Virus record (IMG/VR): IMGVR_UViG_3300010398_000032
Coordinates: 1 to 28,493 of that record
DNA from: a virus
Taxonomy: Duplodnaviria > Caudoviricetes
Strand: one strand, 5' to 3'
DNA: 28,493 nucleotides
Positions 1 to 7,658 of the stretch are shown here, in pieces (positions within the stretch are counted from its first letter, which is position 1; the number at the start of each line of letters is the position of its first letter). The notes beneath the pieces are model-generated. The model made no database searches and was not told the DNA's origin. It was given only the letters and a program-made list of their open reading frames with translations. Position numbers and translations under genes: made by a program.

Positions 1-553
1 CGTCAACGTCAACCTTGCTGGCCTCGCGCGTGGCCGTGCGTTCGGCCTTGCGAATGGCATCGCGGGCCATCAGGTTCCTGACCGTGGCAAGTTGCTTTTC
101 GGAAAGGCTTCCGTACCTGGCCAGGCCATCCAAGAATGATTGCGGCAAGTCGAAACGCTGACCGTCGGGCCTGGTCGCATTCCAGCGCGCCTGATCCTGA
201 AGCCACAAGAATTCGCTCTTGTGTTCATCAATCCAGGCCGCCAGCGTTTCGGCCAACTCGGCGGCCTTGTCGGCCCGCTTGACGGCGGCGCGGTCACGAT
301 TGGCCGCCCTGGTCTGCGGGCTGGTCTTGAATTCCTTCCCGCCCTTGCCCTTGCACGCAAAGCATTGGCCAACCAGGCGGCCAGTGTAGCTACGGAATTG
401 ACCGCTACCGCCGCACTTGGCGCATTGATCAGTCCAAGTCTCTTTCGCTTGAACGTAGGATTGCGGCGGCGCCTTGGCTGGGCCAATGATCTTGGCGCCG
501 CCAAACAATTCAGAAAGCGGGTCATTCAAGGCATTGTCGTCATCGTTTGTCAT
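1..553 (-). CDS. Hypothetical phage protein with DnaJ-type zinc-finger motifs (partial; runs off the left edge; absent from the ORF track)
   Basis: Manual translation from ATG at 553 (SD GAGGT upstream): MTNDDDNALNDPLSELFGG...CAKCGGSG...CFACKGKG...FLDGLARYGSLSEKQL..., open to position 1. It has two CxxCxGxG motifs and its own promoter at 602-630. Confidence 0.8.
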   Translation of the reverse strand, partial: MTNDDDNALNDPLSELFGGAKIIGPAKAPPQSYVQAKETWTDQCAKCGGSGQFRSYTGRLVGQCFACKGKGGKEFKTSPQTRAANRDRAAVKRADKAAELAETLAAWIDEHKSEFLWLQDQARWNATRPDGQRFDLPQSFLDGLARYGSLSEKQLATVRNLMARDAIRKAERTATREASKVDVD

Positions 554-601
554 GACATTACCTCGCGGGTTGCAACAGGCCTGGTCATCAGGCCAACCCG
601 G

Positions 602-630
602 AATATATGACTTGCGGTCATATCGGTCAA
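602..630 (-). promoter_or_regulatory. sigma70-type promoter TTGACC-N17-TATATT containing the operator palindrome TATGAC-N5-GTCATA (606-622)
   Basis: Minus strand reads TTGACC GATATGACCGCAAGTCA TATATT, about 50 nt upstream of the ATG at 553. Confidence 0.75.
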
Positions 631-1149
631 GAGGCCCAAAGCGGTATTCCGCGCCGCATGCGCTAACATGCGGAATTGACAGGATTATTCGCCAGTGCAA
701 TCCTACGCGCGCGCGGCACAAGGCTTGCTGTGCGATCAGCACAGAAAGCCCTCTGATCAGCCCCACAAAGCCCCAGCACAAAGCCTTGGTTTTATAGGGA
801 ATTCAGCTTTCCAGCCCGAAACGATGGTTGCCTGGTTGCTGTTGCGCTTTCCCATTGATAGCAGTGCAATTTGGCTAAGATGTTGTTGGCGCTGGTGTAT
901 TTCAGCCTCTCCCAGTGTGGGGAAGCATCAGGGAAGCAACGCCCAGCGATCAGGAGGGCCAGGGCGATAGGCGACAAACAGCCCTAGCGCCTTGGGAAAG
1001 CTGAAGAAAAGACCCGGCTACCTCCCGGCGGGTGGGAGAAATCGGCTCGGCATCCCAAAATTTCGCCTACCCTTCCTCTCTCGCGGCGCTGCTGTGATTG
1101 TCTGTACCACTGTACCGGCCCAGGAGTATGGGGGTAGTTACAGTGTAGG

Positions 1150-1158
1150 TTATCCACA
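1150..1158 (+). promoter_or_regulatory. Consensus DnaA box (TTATCCACA)
   Basis: Exact 9/9 match to the R1-type DnaA box in a non-coding region. It is a single copy, so function is uncertain. Confidence 0.45.
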
Positions 1159-1240
1159 GGGGGTTGACAGATTTAGTTTGGGTGTTTGTTCCTGATTTGG
1201 GCTTGGGCGTGACGGTTAGAACGGAGGGGGGACGGAGTTA

Positions 1241-1456
1241 ATGTTTCACGTGAAACGGGGCGGGCACAGATGGCGGGATTGGGTTGGGGCGACCAGGGCA
1301 TGTGCGTGGTGTCGGGGGCCGTGTCTCAAGACCTGGCCGGATGACAAGGTGAGGACCGGGCGGGGGCGGCGGTTTTGCTGTGATCGCTGCCGGTTTGCGC
1401 ACCGGAATGCCCAACGAGCTATGCAGCATGGACGCATAGCTTGTGTGGGGCTATAG
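1241..1456 (+). CDS. Small putative zinc-binding protein (CxxC...CCxxC)
   Basis: GGAG SD at 1234-1237; motifs CAWC and FCCDRC resemble a treble-clef/FCS-type finger; the start overlaps the parS site. Confidence 0.5.
   Translation: MFHVKRGGHRWRDWVGATRACAWCRGPCLKTWPDDKVRTGRGRRFCCDRCRFAHRNAQRAMQHGRIACVGL
1242..1257. promoter_or_regulatory. parS-like centromere palindrome (TGTTTCACGTGAAACG)
   Basis: Perfect 14-bp palindrome GTTTCACGTGAAAC (1243-1256); 15/16 match to the chromosomal parS consensus TGTTTCACGTGAAACA. Confidence 0.7.
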
Positions 1457-1457
1457 C
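1429..1457 (+). promoter_or_regulatory. Possible promoter (TGGACG-N17-TATAGC) for a leaderless terminase small subunit mRNA
   Basis: The -10 hexamer ends 7 nt before ATG 1465 and no SD precedes that ATG. Confidence 0.4.
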
Positions 1458-1464
1458 GTTATCC

Positions 1465-2220
1465 ATGGCTGACGATCTATTTGAGGACGAGGATTTAGGG
1501 CCAGCGATGCGGGCCTTGAACGAGAAGCAGCGGGCGTTTGTGGACGCTTATTGCAGCTTTCCGTGTGCCAGCCAGGCCAAGCTGGCGGAAATGGCGGGGT
1601 ACGGCAACTCCACGATTGCGGGGTTGCGGGTCAGAGGACACCGGCTGTTGCAGATGCCCTCGGTGCTGCTCGCCATCAACGAGGAATTGGCCAAGCGGTT
1701 CAAGGGCAAGGGCGCCGCCATCAGTCAGATGGTGCTGTTCAAGATCGCGTTAAACGACAAGCATCCCAAGCAGTTGAATGCGGCGCTGGCGCTGGCCGAC
1801 CGGGGCGGGTTCCCGCAACAGACGGAACAGCGGGTGATCGTGGAAAAGACCGATAGGACTGGCGAGGCGATGATCGTGCGGATCAAGGCGCTCGCCAAGA
1901 TGCTGGGCATTGATGCGCAGAAGCTATTGGGAAGGGGCGATGAGGTTCTTCATGCAAGGGCAATCATCGAGGCAGAGGCAGAGGTCGTGGAGGCTGATGA
2001 TGGACGAGCTAACCCCGGAGCAACAGGCGATAGCGGACAGGTTGAACGAGAACATTCGCCGCGACCTGGCGCTGAAGGCGAAGGCCAAGGAAACGGCGGA
2101 GGAAATGCGGTTCATGTTCGGGGACTACCAGACCCCGGACCAACAACTGGTGACCGGAGCGGCGGCACCAGCGAACCCGCAGACCGTGGACGTGAAGCAA
2201 CCGGACCCGAAGGGAACTAA
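1465..2220 (+). CDS. terS: Terminase small subunit
   Basis: N-terminal HTH-like segment LNEKQRAFVDAY...AEMAGYG typical of TerS; upstream of TerL. Start moved to ATG 1465. The last ~70 aa are low complexity and overlap the next gene. Confidence 0.75.
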   Translation: MADDLFEDEDLGPAMRALNEKQRAFVDAYCSFPCASQAKLAEMAGYGNSTIAGLRVRGHRLLQMPSVLLAINEELAKRFKGKGAAISQMVLFKIALNDKHPKQLNAALALADRGGFPQQTEQRVIVEKTDRTGEAMIVRIKALAKMLGIDAQKLLGRGDEVLHARAIIEAEAEVVEADDGRANPGATGDSGQVEREHSPRPGAEGEGQGNGGGNAVHVRGLPDPGPTTGDRSGGTSEPADRGREATGPEGN

Positions 2221-2227
2221 CCAATGA
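2000..2227 (+). CDS. Hypothetical protein overlapping the TerS 3' end in another frame
   Basis: Strong SD GGAGG (1989-1993) before ATGATG (1997/2000); MDELTPEQQAIADRLNENIRRDL...; its stop forms an ATGA junction with the next gene. Confidence 0.65.
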   Translation: MDELTPEQQAIADRLNENIRRDLALKAKAKETAEEMRFMFGDYQTPDQQLVTGAAAPANPQTVDVKQPDPKGTNQ

Positions 2228-2421
2228 GCGAACCGGAGCAGCGGCCGGGCATTCCGCCAGCGACCGGGCCAGCCGACAAGATCATCAGCATTATCAGCCA
2301 CAACAACAAGCTGGTGGCGCTGTGCGATGACAGCACGATCTGGTGGGTATCGGACGACGGCACCGTCAAGGTCACTTGGACCAAGGCGTGGCCGGAAACG
2401 CCGGGCGGGGTCAGCCTATGA
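2224..2421 (+). CDS. Hypothetical protein
   Basis: ATGA coupling at both ends; 65 aa, with a LVALCDDSTIW motif. Confidence 0.7.
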   Translation: MSEPEQRPGIPPATGPADKIISIISHNNKLVALCDDSTIWWVSDDGTVKVTWTKAWPETPGGVSL

Positions 2422-2639
2422 TCCCAGGCGATCAGTTGACGTTGATAGATTGCGTGATCAGTCGCGAGGACAAGATCGCTTGCCTGACGCGCGAAGTCAT
2501 CATGCGCGAGACGCTTTATGCGAAGTGGGTCGAGCAAGGCAAGATGAAGCGGGCGACCGCTGACCGTGAGATAGCGGTGATGAAGTCAATCCTGGCGGAT
2601 TACCACAGAGAGCAATACCCGCTGCGCGAGGTTAGATGA
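2418..2639 (+). CDS. Hypothetical phage protein
   Basis: ATG 2418 overlaps the previous stop; KIACLTREVIMRETLYAKWVEQGKMKRATADREIAVMKSI; its stop overlaps the TerL ATG. Confidence 0.75.
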   Translation: MIPGDQLTLIDCVISREDKIACLTREVIMRETLYAKWVEQGKMKRATADREIAVMKSILADYHREQYPLREVR

Positions 2640-4129
2640 CCGACGCTGGCGCATTGAACGCCTACCCCAACAAGTCGCCAGCGGAACTACGCGCGATCCT
2701 CGATACGCTGGAAGCGGCGGTCGAGCGCAAGCATTTTTGGCGCCTGGACTTCTTTCATCCCTACTTGAAGCAAGCCGAATTCCTGGCCATGGGCCGGGTC
2801 AAGCGCGAGCGCTTGCTGATGGCGGGCAACCGGCTCGGCAAGACCGAATGCGGGGCCTATGAGGCAACCTTGCATGCGACCGGGCTTTACCCCAAGGACT
2901 GGAAGGGCAGGACATTCGACGCCCCGACGCTCGGCTGGGTCGCCGGGCAGACCGCGCAGGAAACCCGCGACGTGTGCCAGGTCAAGCTGTGCGGCCCGGC
3001 GGGCGTGGACAGCATGTTCGGTTCCGGCATGATCCCGCGCGAGTTGTTCGTGGACAAGCCATCGCTGACGCGCGGCGTTACCGACGCCTACGACACCATA
3101 CAGGTCAAGCACGCGAGCGGCGGCGTCTCGCTCATTCGCTTCAAGTCATTCGAGCAAGGCCGCGCCAAGTTTCAGGGCGAGGGCTGCGATTGGGTGTGGC
3201 TCGATGAAGAACCGCCATTGGACGTGTACGCGGAAGCGCTGGCGCGCATTGGCGAGAAGGACGGCCTGATCTTTGTCACCTTCACCCCGATTGATGGCCC
3301 GACTGCGGTGGTGCTGCGGTTCACCGACGAGCCGACGCATGACCGCGCTTATGTGCCGATGACGATTGACGATGTGCCGCTGCCGCCGGTCGGGCACCTG
3401 ACCAGCGAAGCCAAGCAGCGCATGCTGGACGGCTATCTGCCGCATGAACGCGAGGCACGCGCGCGCGGCGTGCCTGCCTTGGGCTCGGGCCGCATCTTCA
3501 CCACGGCAGAGGAAATGATTGTCGAGGCGCCGCTGGAATACATACCGGCGCACTGGCACAAGTTATGGGGGATCGACTTCGGCATTGGCCATCCGTTCGC
3601 GGCGGTGCTGGTCGCTTGGGACAAGGACAACGACCGCATTCACGTGCTCGAAACCGTTCGCATGGCCGATGCGCTGATCATTTCGCACGCGGCCGCGATG
3701 AAGCGGATCGGGGCCGCCGTGCCGGTCGCTTGGCCACGGGATGGCAGCGAACGGGATCGCAATACAGGCGAACCCCTGGCCAGCCAATACAAGAAGCATG
3801 AATTGCGCATGGCTTCCTCGCACGCGGCTTGGGAGGATGGGAGCGTTTCGACATGGGCGGGCATCAAGGAATGGGACGAAAGAGAAAAGACCGGACGCCT
3901 CAAGGTCGCCGCCCATCTAACCGACTGGATCGAGGAAAGACGCTTTTACCATATGAAGGACGGCGCCATCGTCAAGCTGAAAGACGACCTGATGAGTGCA
4001 ACGCGGATTTGTTTGATGGCGAAGCGGTTCGCGCGCGCGGTGCCGCTTGGTGGCAAGTGGGAGCGGTCAAGCGCGACGGGACGGATTGCTGAAGGCACTG
4101 ACTTCGACGTGTTCGCGGTGGGAATGTGA
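2636..4129 (+). CDS. terL: Terminase large subunit (P22-like/headful type)
   Basis: Walker A MAGNRLGKT, Walker B WVWLDEEP, coupling motif TFTP, RNase H-like nuclease motifs GIDFG and DDLMSA. Confidence 0.95.
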   Translation: MTDAGALNAYPNKSPAELRAILDTLEAAVERKHFWRLDFFHPYLKQAEFLAMGRVKRERLLMAGNRLGKTECGAYEATLHATGLYPKDWKGRTFDAPTLGWVAGQTAQETRDVCQVKLCGPAGVDSMFGSGMIPRELFVDKPSLTRGVTDAYDTIQVKHASGGVSLIRFKSFEQGRAKFQGEGCDWVWLDEEPPLDVYAEALARIGEKDGLIFVTFTPIDGPTAVVLRFTDEPTHDRAYVPMTIDDVPLPPVGHLTSEAKQRMLDGYLPHEREARARGVPALGSGRIFTTAEEMIVEAPLEYIPAHWHKLWGIDFGIGHPFAAVLVAWDKDNDRIHVLETVRMADALIISHAAAMKRIGAAVPVAWPRDGSERDRNTGEPLASQYKKHELRMASSHAAWEDGSVSTWAGIKEWDEREKTGRLKVAAHLTDWIEERRFYHMKDGAIVKLKDDLMSATRICLMAKRFARAVPLGGKWERSSATGRIAEGTDFDVFAVGM

Positions 4130-4224
4130 AACCGAAAAAGCAGATGAAGAAACTGCGCAAGCGCGAGAAGCGCGCGCTAAAAAGGATCAAGCAACAACGC
4201 AACAAGGATTGGAAGAAAAAATAA
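4126..4224 (+). CDS. Very basic 32-aa peptide (below ORF-track cutoff)
   Basis: GTGA overlap with the TerL stop; MKPKKQMKKLRKREKRALKRIKQQRNKDWKKK (18 of 32 residues K/R). Confidence 0.5.
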   Translation: MKPKKQMKKLRKREKRALKRIKQQRNKDWKKK

Positions 4225-4298
4225 TTTTTTCCTCAATAGTTTCAGTGCGGATTTTCCGCTAAGTCATTGACGTTCATCTTCATCAACAACAAGTCGAT

Positions 4299-4327
4299 TT
4301 GACACCTATGACCGCTTGTCATATCAT
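4299..4327 (+). promoter_or_regulatory. Near-consensus sigma70 promoter TTGACA-N17-TATCAT containing the operator TATGAC-N5-GTCATA (4307-4323)
   Basis: TTGACA CCTATGACCGCTTGTCA TATCAT read directly, 60 nt upstream of ATG 4388. Confidence 0.8.
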
Positions 4328-4387
4328 GGTTGCACGGTCGCGAATGACCGGGATTTTTGAAAACTGAAACCGAAAGGAAGGTGCGCC

Positions 4388-4819
4388 ATGGAAAGCGCAC
4401 AAATCGAACGGGCGCGCAAGCGCCACAATGGACTTGTTGACGAGTTGGCCAGGCTCAATCGGCGGCTCGACAAGTTGGACGAACAGCGGATGCGGGCGGT
4501 CAGCAAAAAGAAAAAGTTGATTAGCTCGGTCAGTCGATCAAGCAAACGGATCGACAAGCTGATGGCACTCAAGACCCACACCGCCGGGCCGACTGCCAGC
4601 GTCAGCAGGCGGCTGGTCAAGGCCAACTTGACCAAGGCTACGGTTGGACCGGAACCGCCGATACCAATCAATGACCCAGTGCCGGACTTTAAGCCGGAAC
4701 AGAAGCCGCTTGGCGTGCCGATGCTGCCCAAGGGCCGACGAACGCCCGATGACTTCCGGGCCGACATGGCCAAAAAGAAAGCCCGCCAGCAGGGGGCTGA
4801 CGGGCTTGGCAAGTCCTAA
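4388..4819 (+). CDS. Basic coiled-coil hypothetical protein (moron-like insert)
   Basis: SD AAAGGAAGG; own promoter and terminator; N-terminal heptad-like helix rich in K/R. Confidence 0.8.
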   Translation: MESAQIERARKRHNGLVDELARLNRRLDKLDEQRMRAVSKKKKLISSVSRSSKRIDKLMALKTHTAGPTASVSRRLVKANLTKATVGPEPPIPINDPVPDFKPEQKPLGVPMLPKGRRTPDDFRADMAKKKARQQGADGLGKS

Positions 4820-4842
4820 CGCTTGATCGCTGTGAGTAATGC

Positions 4843-4871
4843 GCGGCGGGGATACTCTCCCCGCCGCTTTT
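4843..4871 (+). terminator. Rho-independent terminator
   Basis: GCGGCGGGGA-tactc-TCCCCGCCGC perfect 10-bp stem followed by TTTT(CT), 23 nt after the stop at 4819. Confidence 0.85.
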
Positions 4872-4929
4872 CTATGTCAAGAACACAAGATATAGTGCCG
4901 GGCCATTACTCCCACACCAGGGGGCTTTG

Positions 4930-5163
4930 ATGGCCGCTCAAACCAACTACAGCCCAATGCCAGGCTCGCCAGTCTCAAGCTACTTCGGCTTGGGCGGCGC
5001 TGGCTTGGTCGATCAGACCAAGGATGAAACCGAAGAATTGCGCAAGAAACGGATGGCCATGATGCAAGGCCGCCCGGTTTCCGGGGCGCTCGGCTACGGT
5101 CAGAACGTGCTCGGCGGTCCCGCCACGCTGGCCTTTGGTGGCGTAGGTGCCCTCGGTCGCTGA
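4930..5163 (+). CDS. Small hypothetical protein upstream of the portal
   Basis: AGGGGG SD; ATG 4930; Gly-rich with a charged helix (DETEELRKKR); position is typical of the small pre-portal gene in podoviruses. Confidence 0.65.
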   Translation: MAAQTNYSPMPGSPVSSYFGLGGAGLVDQTKDETEELRKKRMAMMQGRPVSGALGYGQNVLGGPATLAFGGVGALGR

Positions 5164-5584
5164 CGAATATCGCGCAAGCTGGCGCGGACGCTTGCTCAAG
5201 CTGGCCGATGGCAAGACCGGCGCGGTGTTGCTGTCGGTCATTACCCACGACTTGGAGGAAGCCTCGATACCGCTGCTCAAGGCGGTGTTCCCTGGCTTCA
5301 TCGAACCGGCCTTGCCCTGTCTCTGCACGGCGGGCCGCATTGGCTGGACCGGCGCCATCTTCGCTACCATCCTGTTTGAAGGCGGCTACCGGGAACGCCG
5401 CATTCTCTATTTCAACGAGACGGAGCTACGCGACGACATGCGGCGCCTGGCTGACCAGGCCAAGCTGACCGACTTGGAACGCATTGAAATGTTCGCGGCG
5501 GTGCGCCGCTGGATTGTCTCTGACCGACGCATAGACCCCAACATGGACCCCAATGACCCCGATGCCAAAAGGCTGGTTCACTGA
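5147..5584 (+). CDS. Hypothetical protein
   Basis: 145-aa ORF with GTG start; TGATG coupling to the portal gene. Confidence 0.7.
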   Translation: MPSVADEYRASWRGRLLKLADGKTGAVLLSVITHDLEEASIPLLKAVFPGFIEPALPCLCTAGRIGWTGAIFATILFEGGYRERRILYFNETELRDDMRRLADQAKLTDLERIEMFAAVRRWIVSDRRIDPNMDPNDPDAKRLVH

Positions 5585-7374
5585 TGGCCGCTGCAACCGA
5601 ATTGGTGACGCAAGCACTAGAAGCCGCCCCGCAAGCCAATGCTAATTCGCGTCCGATTGGTCAGAAAGAAAGCGCGCTGATTGCCGATCTGATGCGCGAA
5701 TTTTCTCAGATGATTGTCTGGCGCAACACGACCGCCCAGCATTGCGAGGAAATTGCCGAAATAATCCTACCAACAAGTCGCAACACTTTCTTCTACGGGA
5801 ATTTCAACTGGCCCGGCATGAAGAAACAACAACAACAAATCGACGCAACCGGCGGCCTGGCGTTGCATCGCTTCTGCGCAATCTGTGACAGCTTGATCAC
5901 GCCGCGCGATATGTATTGGCACGGCCTGGCCAACGATGCGGTCAAGGGTGATCGCGAGACAACGCTGTGGTTCGAGAACGCGCGCAAGGTGCTGTTCCAG
6001 ATGCGCTATGCCTCGCATGCCAACTTCGGCGGGCAGAACTACAACAACTGGCAATCGTTGGGAGCGTTTGGCAATGCGACGATGTATATCGACTTATTTG
6101 ATGCTCGCGGCTTTGGCGGCATGCCAGGTTTTCGTTATAAGGCCATTCCATTTGGCGAGACGTATTACGGGGAAAATCACCAGGGCAAAGTTGACCGCAT
6201 GTATCGCTGGTTCCGGCGCACGGCTTATCAGGCGGTGCAGCAATGGGGCCTGGACATGCTACCGGCCAACTTGGTGGCGCCATTGCAGCAAGATAGCTTA
6301 TGGCCGTATAACTTCTTGCATGTGGTGAAGCCCAACGAAAATTTCGACCCGCGCCGCATGGACGTGCGCGGCTTCCCCTGGATTTCCTATTATGTCTCGC
6401 TTGAAGGCCGCTGCCTGATGCAGCCGCCCGGCGGCTATCGGGTGTTCCCGTTTGCGGTCAGCCGCTACGATCAGACCCCGAATGAATGCTACGGGCGCGG
6501 CCCGGCGCATATCGTGCTGGCCTCACTGAAAACCTTGAACGCGCAAAAAGTGACGTTCCTCAAGCAAGGGCATCGCGCCAGCGATCCGGTCTTGCTGACG
6601 CCCGACGATGGCCTGGTCGAGTTGAATACTCGCCCTGGCGCGCAGAACAAGGGTGGCGTCAACGCGGAAGGCAAGCCGCTGGTTCACACGCTGCCAACGG
6701 GCGATATTAAAATAAACATGGAAATGATGCAGGAAGAACGCTCGATCATCGACGACGTTTTTCTTGTCTCATTGTTCAAAGTGCTATCCGAAAATCCCAA
6801 CATGACAGCGACCCAGGTGGTCGAGTTGGTGAATGAAAAAGGCATGCTGGTGGCTCCGACGCTCGCGCGCCAGTTTGCCGAATACGTTGGCGGCATGGTT
6901 GAACGCGAAATGGACTTGGCAGTGCATGCGGGGCTATTGCCGCCAATGCCCAACGCGCTGCGCATGGCGCGCGGCCAGTACGAGGTCACCAACGAAACCC
7001 CGCTGGCCCGCGCCGCCAAGATGAGCGAAGCCGCAGGCTTTAATCGCTGGGCCGAAAATCTGCAAAAGATGGCGGTTGAAACCCAAGACCCGTCATGGAT
7101 GGACCCGATCAACGGCGACCAGGCGGCGGTTGACCTGGCCGACATTTATAGCGTGCGCCCGACTTGGGTTGCCGATCCGAAGTCGATCATGCAAAAGCGC
7201 CAGATGCGCGCGCAGGCGGAACAGCAAAAGATGCAGATGCAAGCGGCGCCTGGCCAGGCCGCGATCATGAATGCGCAGGCGAAGATGGCGTCAGTGCAGC
7301 CCGCGCCTGGTGGCGGCGGCGGCTCACCAGCCCCGGCGGCGCCAGCGCCCGGCCCGATGGTTGGCGGCCCATGA
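5584..7374 (+). CDS. Portal / head-to-tail connector protein (T7 gp8 / BPP-1 Bbp21-like)
   Basis: 596 aa; motifs LGAFGNATMY, FPFAVSRY...ECYGRGP, LKTLN, MTATQV..LVNEK; Gln/Ala/Pro-rich C-terminal tail; gene position. Confidence 0.92.
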   Translation: MAAATELVTQALEAAPQANANSRPIGQKESALIADLMREFSQMIVWRNTTAQHCEEIAEIILPTSRNTFFYGNFNWPGMKKQQQQIDATGGLALHRFCAICDSLITPRDMYWHGLANDAVKGDRETTLWFENARKVLFQMRYASHANFGGQNYNNWQSLGAFGNATMYIDLFDARGFGGMPGFRYKAIPFGETYYGENHQGKVDRMYRWFRRTAYQAVQQWGLDMLPANLVAPLQQDSLWPYNFLHVVKPNENFDPRRMDVRGFPWISYYVSLEGRCLMQPPGGYRVFPFAVSRYDQTPNECYGRGPAHIVLASLKTLNAQKVTFLKQGHRASDPVLLTPDDGLVELNTRPGAQNKGGVNAEGKPLVHTLPTGDIKINMEMMQEERSIIDDVFLVSLFKVLSENPNMTATQVVELVNEKGMLVAPTLARQFAEYVGGMVEREMDLAVHAGLLPPMPNALRMARGQYEVTNETPLARAAKMSEAAGFNRWAENLQKMAVETQDPSWMDPINGDQAAVDLADIYSVRPTWVADPKSIMQKRQMRAQAEQQKMQMQAAPGQAAIMNAQAKMASVQPAPGGGGGSPAPAAPAPGPMVGGP

Positions 7375-7658
7375 CGCCAGAGGACGAGAACCTAATCCGC
7401 AACTACCGGGTGACGTTCCGATCCCCGGCTGGGCTCGACGTGCTCTATAACCTGATGAAGTTTTCGCGGTTCAAGGTCGATCTAATCCCGCCAGACACCA
7501 CAAGGCCGGTTGATCTTGCGGCCCTGGCTCTACTTGAAGGCCGCCGCCAGGTCGTTTGTCGCATCATCCAAATGGCAAGCCTATCGGATGATGAAATAGT
7601 CGCGACGTTTGGCCGACGCTTGCAGCCTTCCGCAGCAACGGAGGACGTATATGGCTGA
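7371..7658 (+). CDS. Bbp19-like small head-module protein
   Basis: ATGA overlap with the portal stop; pattern YRVTFRSPAGLDVLYNL...EGRRQV..RI typical of the post-portal gene in BPP-1-like phages. Confidence 0.75.
   Translation: MTPEDENLIRNYRVTFRSPAGLDVLYNLMKFSRFKVDLIPPDTTRPVDLAALALLEGRRQVVCRIIQMASLSDDEIVATFGRRLQPSAATEDVYG

Noticed and set aside
70-610. ORF-track entries 70..525(-) and 140..610(+)
   Set aside because: They are shadows of the real minus-strand gene starting at 553, which has an SD, a promoter and CxxCxGxG motifs.
1188-1202. Possible alphaproteobacterial LexA box (GTTC-N7-GTTC)
   Set aside because: The second half-site reads GGGC; only one half matches.
4260-4272. IHF-like site TAAGTCATTGAC
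   Set aside because: It is an imperfect match to a degenerate consensus; not supportable from sequence alone.
4845-4880. Antisense promoter from minus-strand TTGACA at 4875-4880
   Set aside because: No convincing -10 at 16-18 nt spacing; the region is explained by the terminator.
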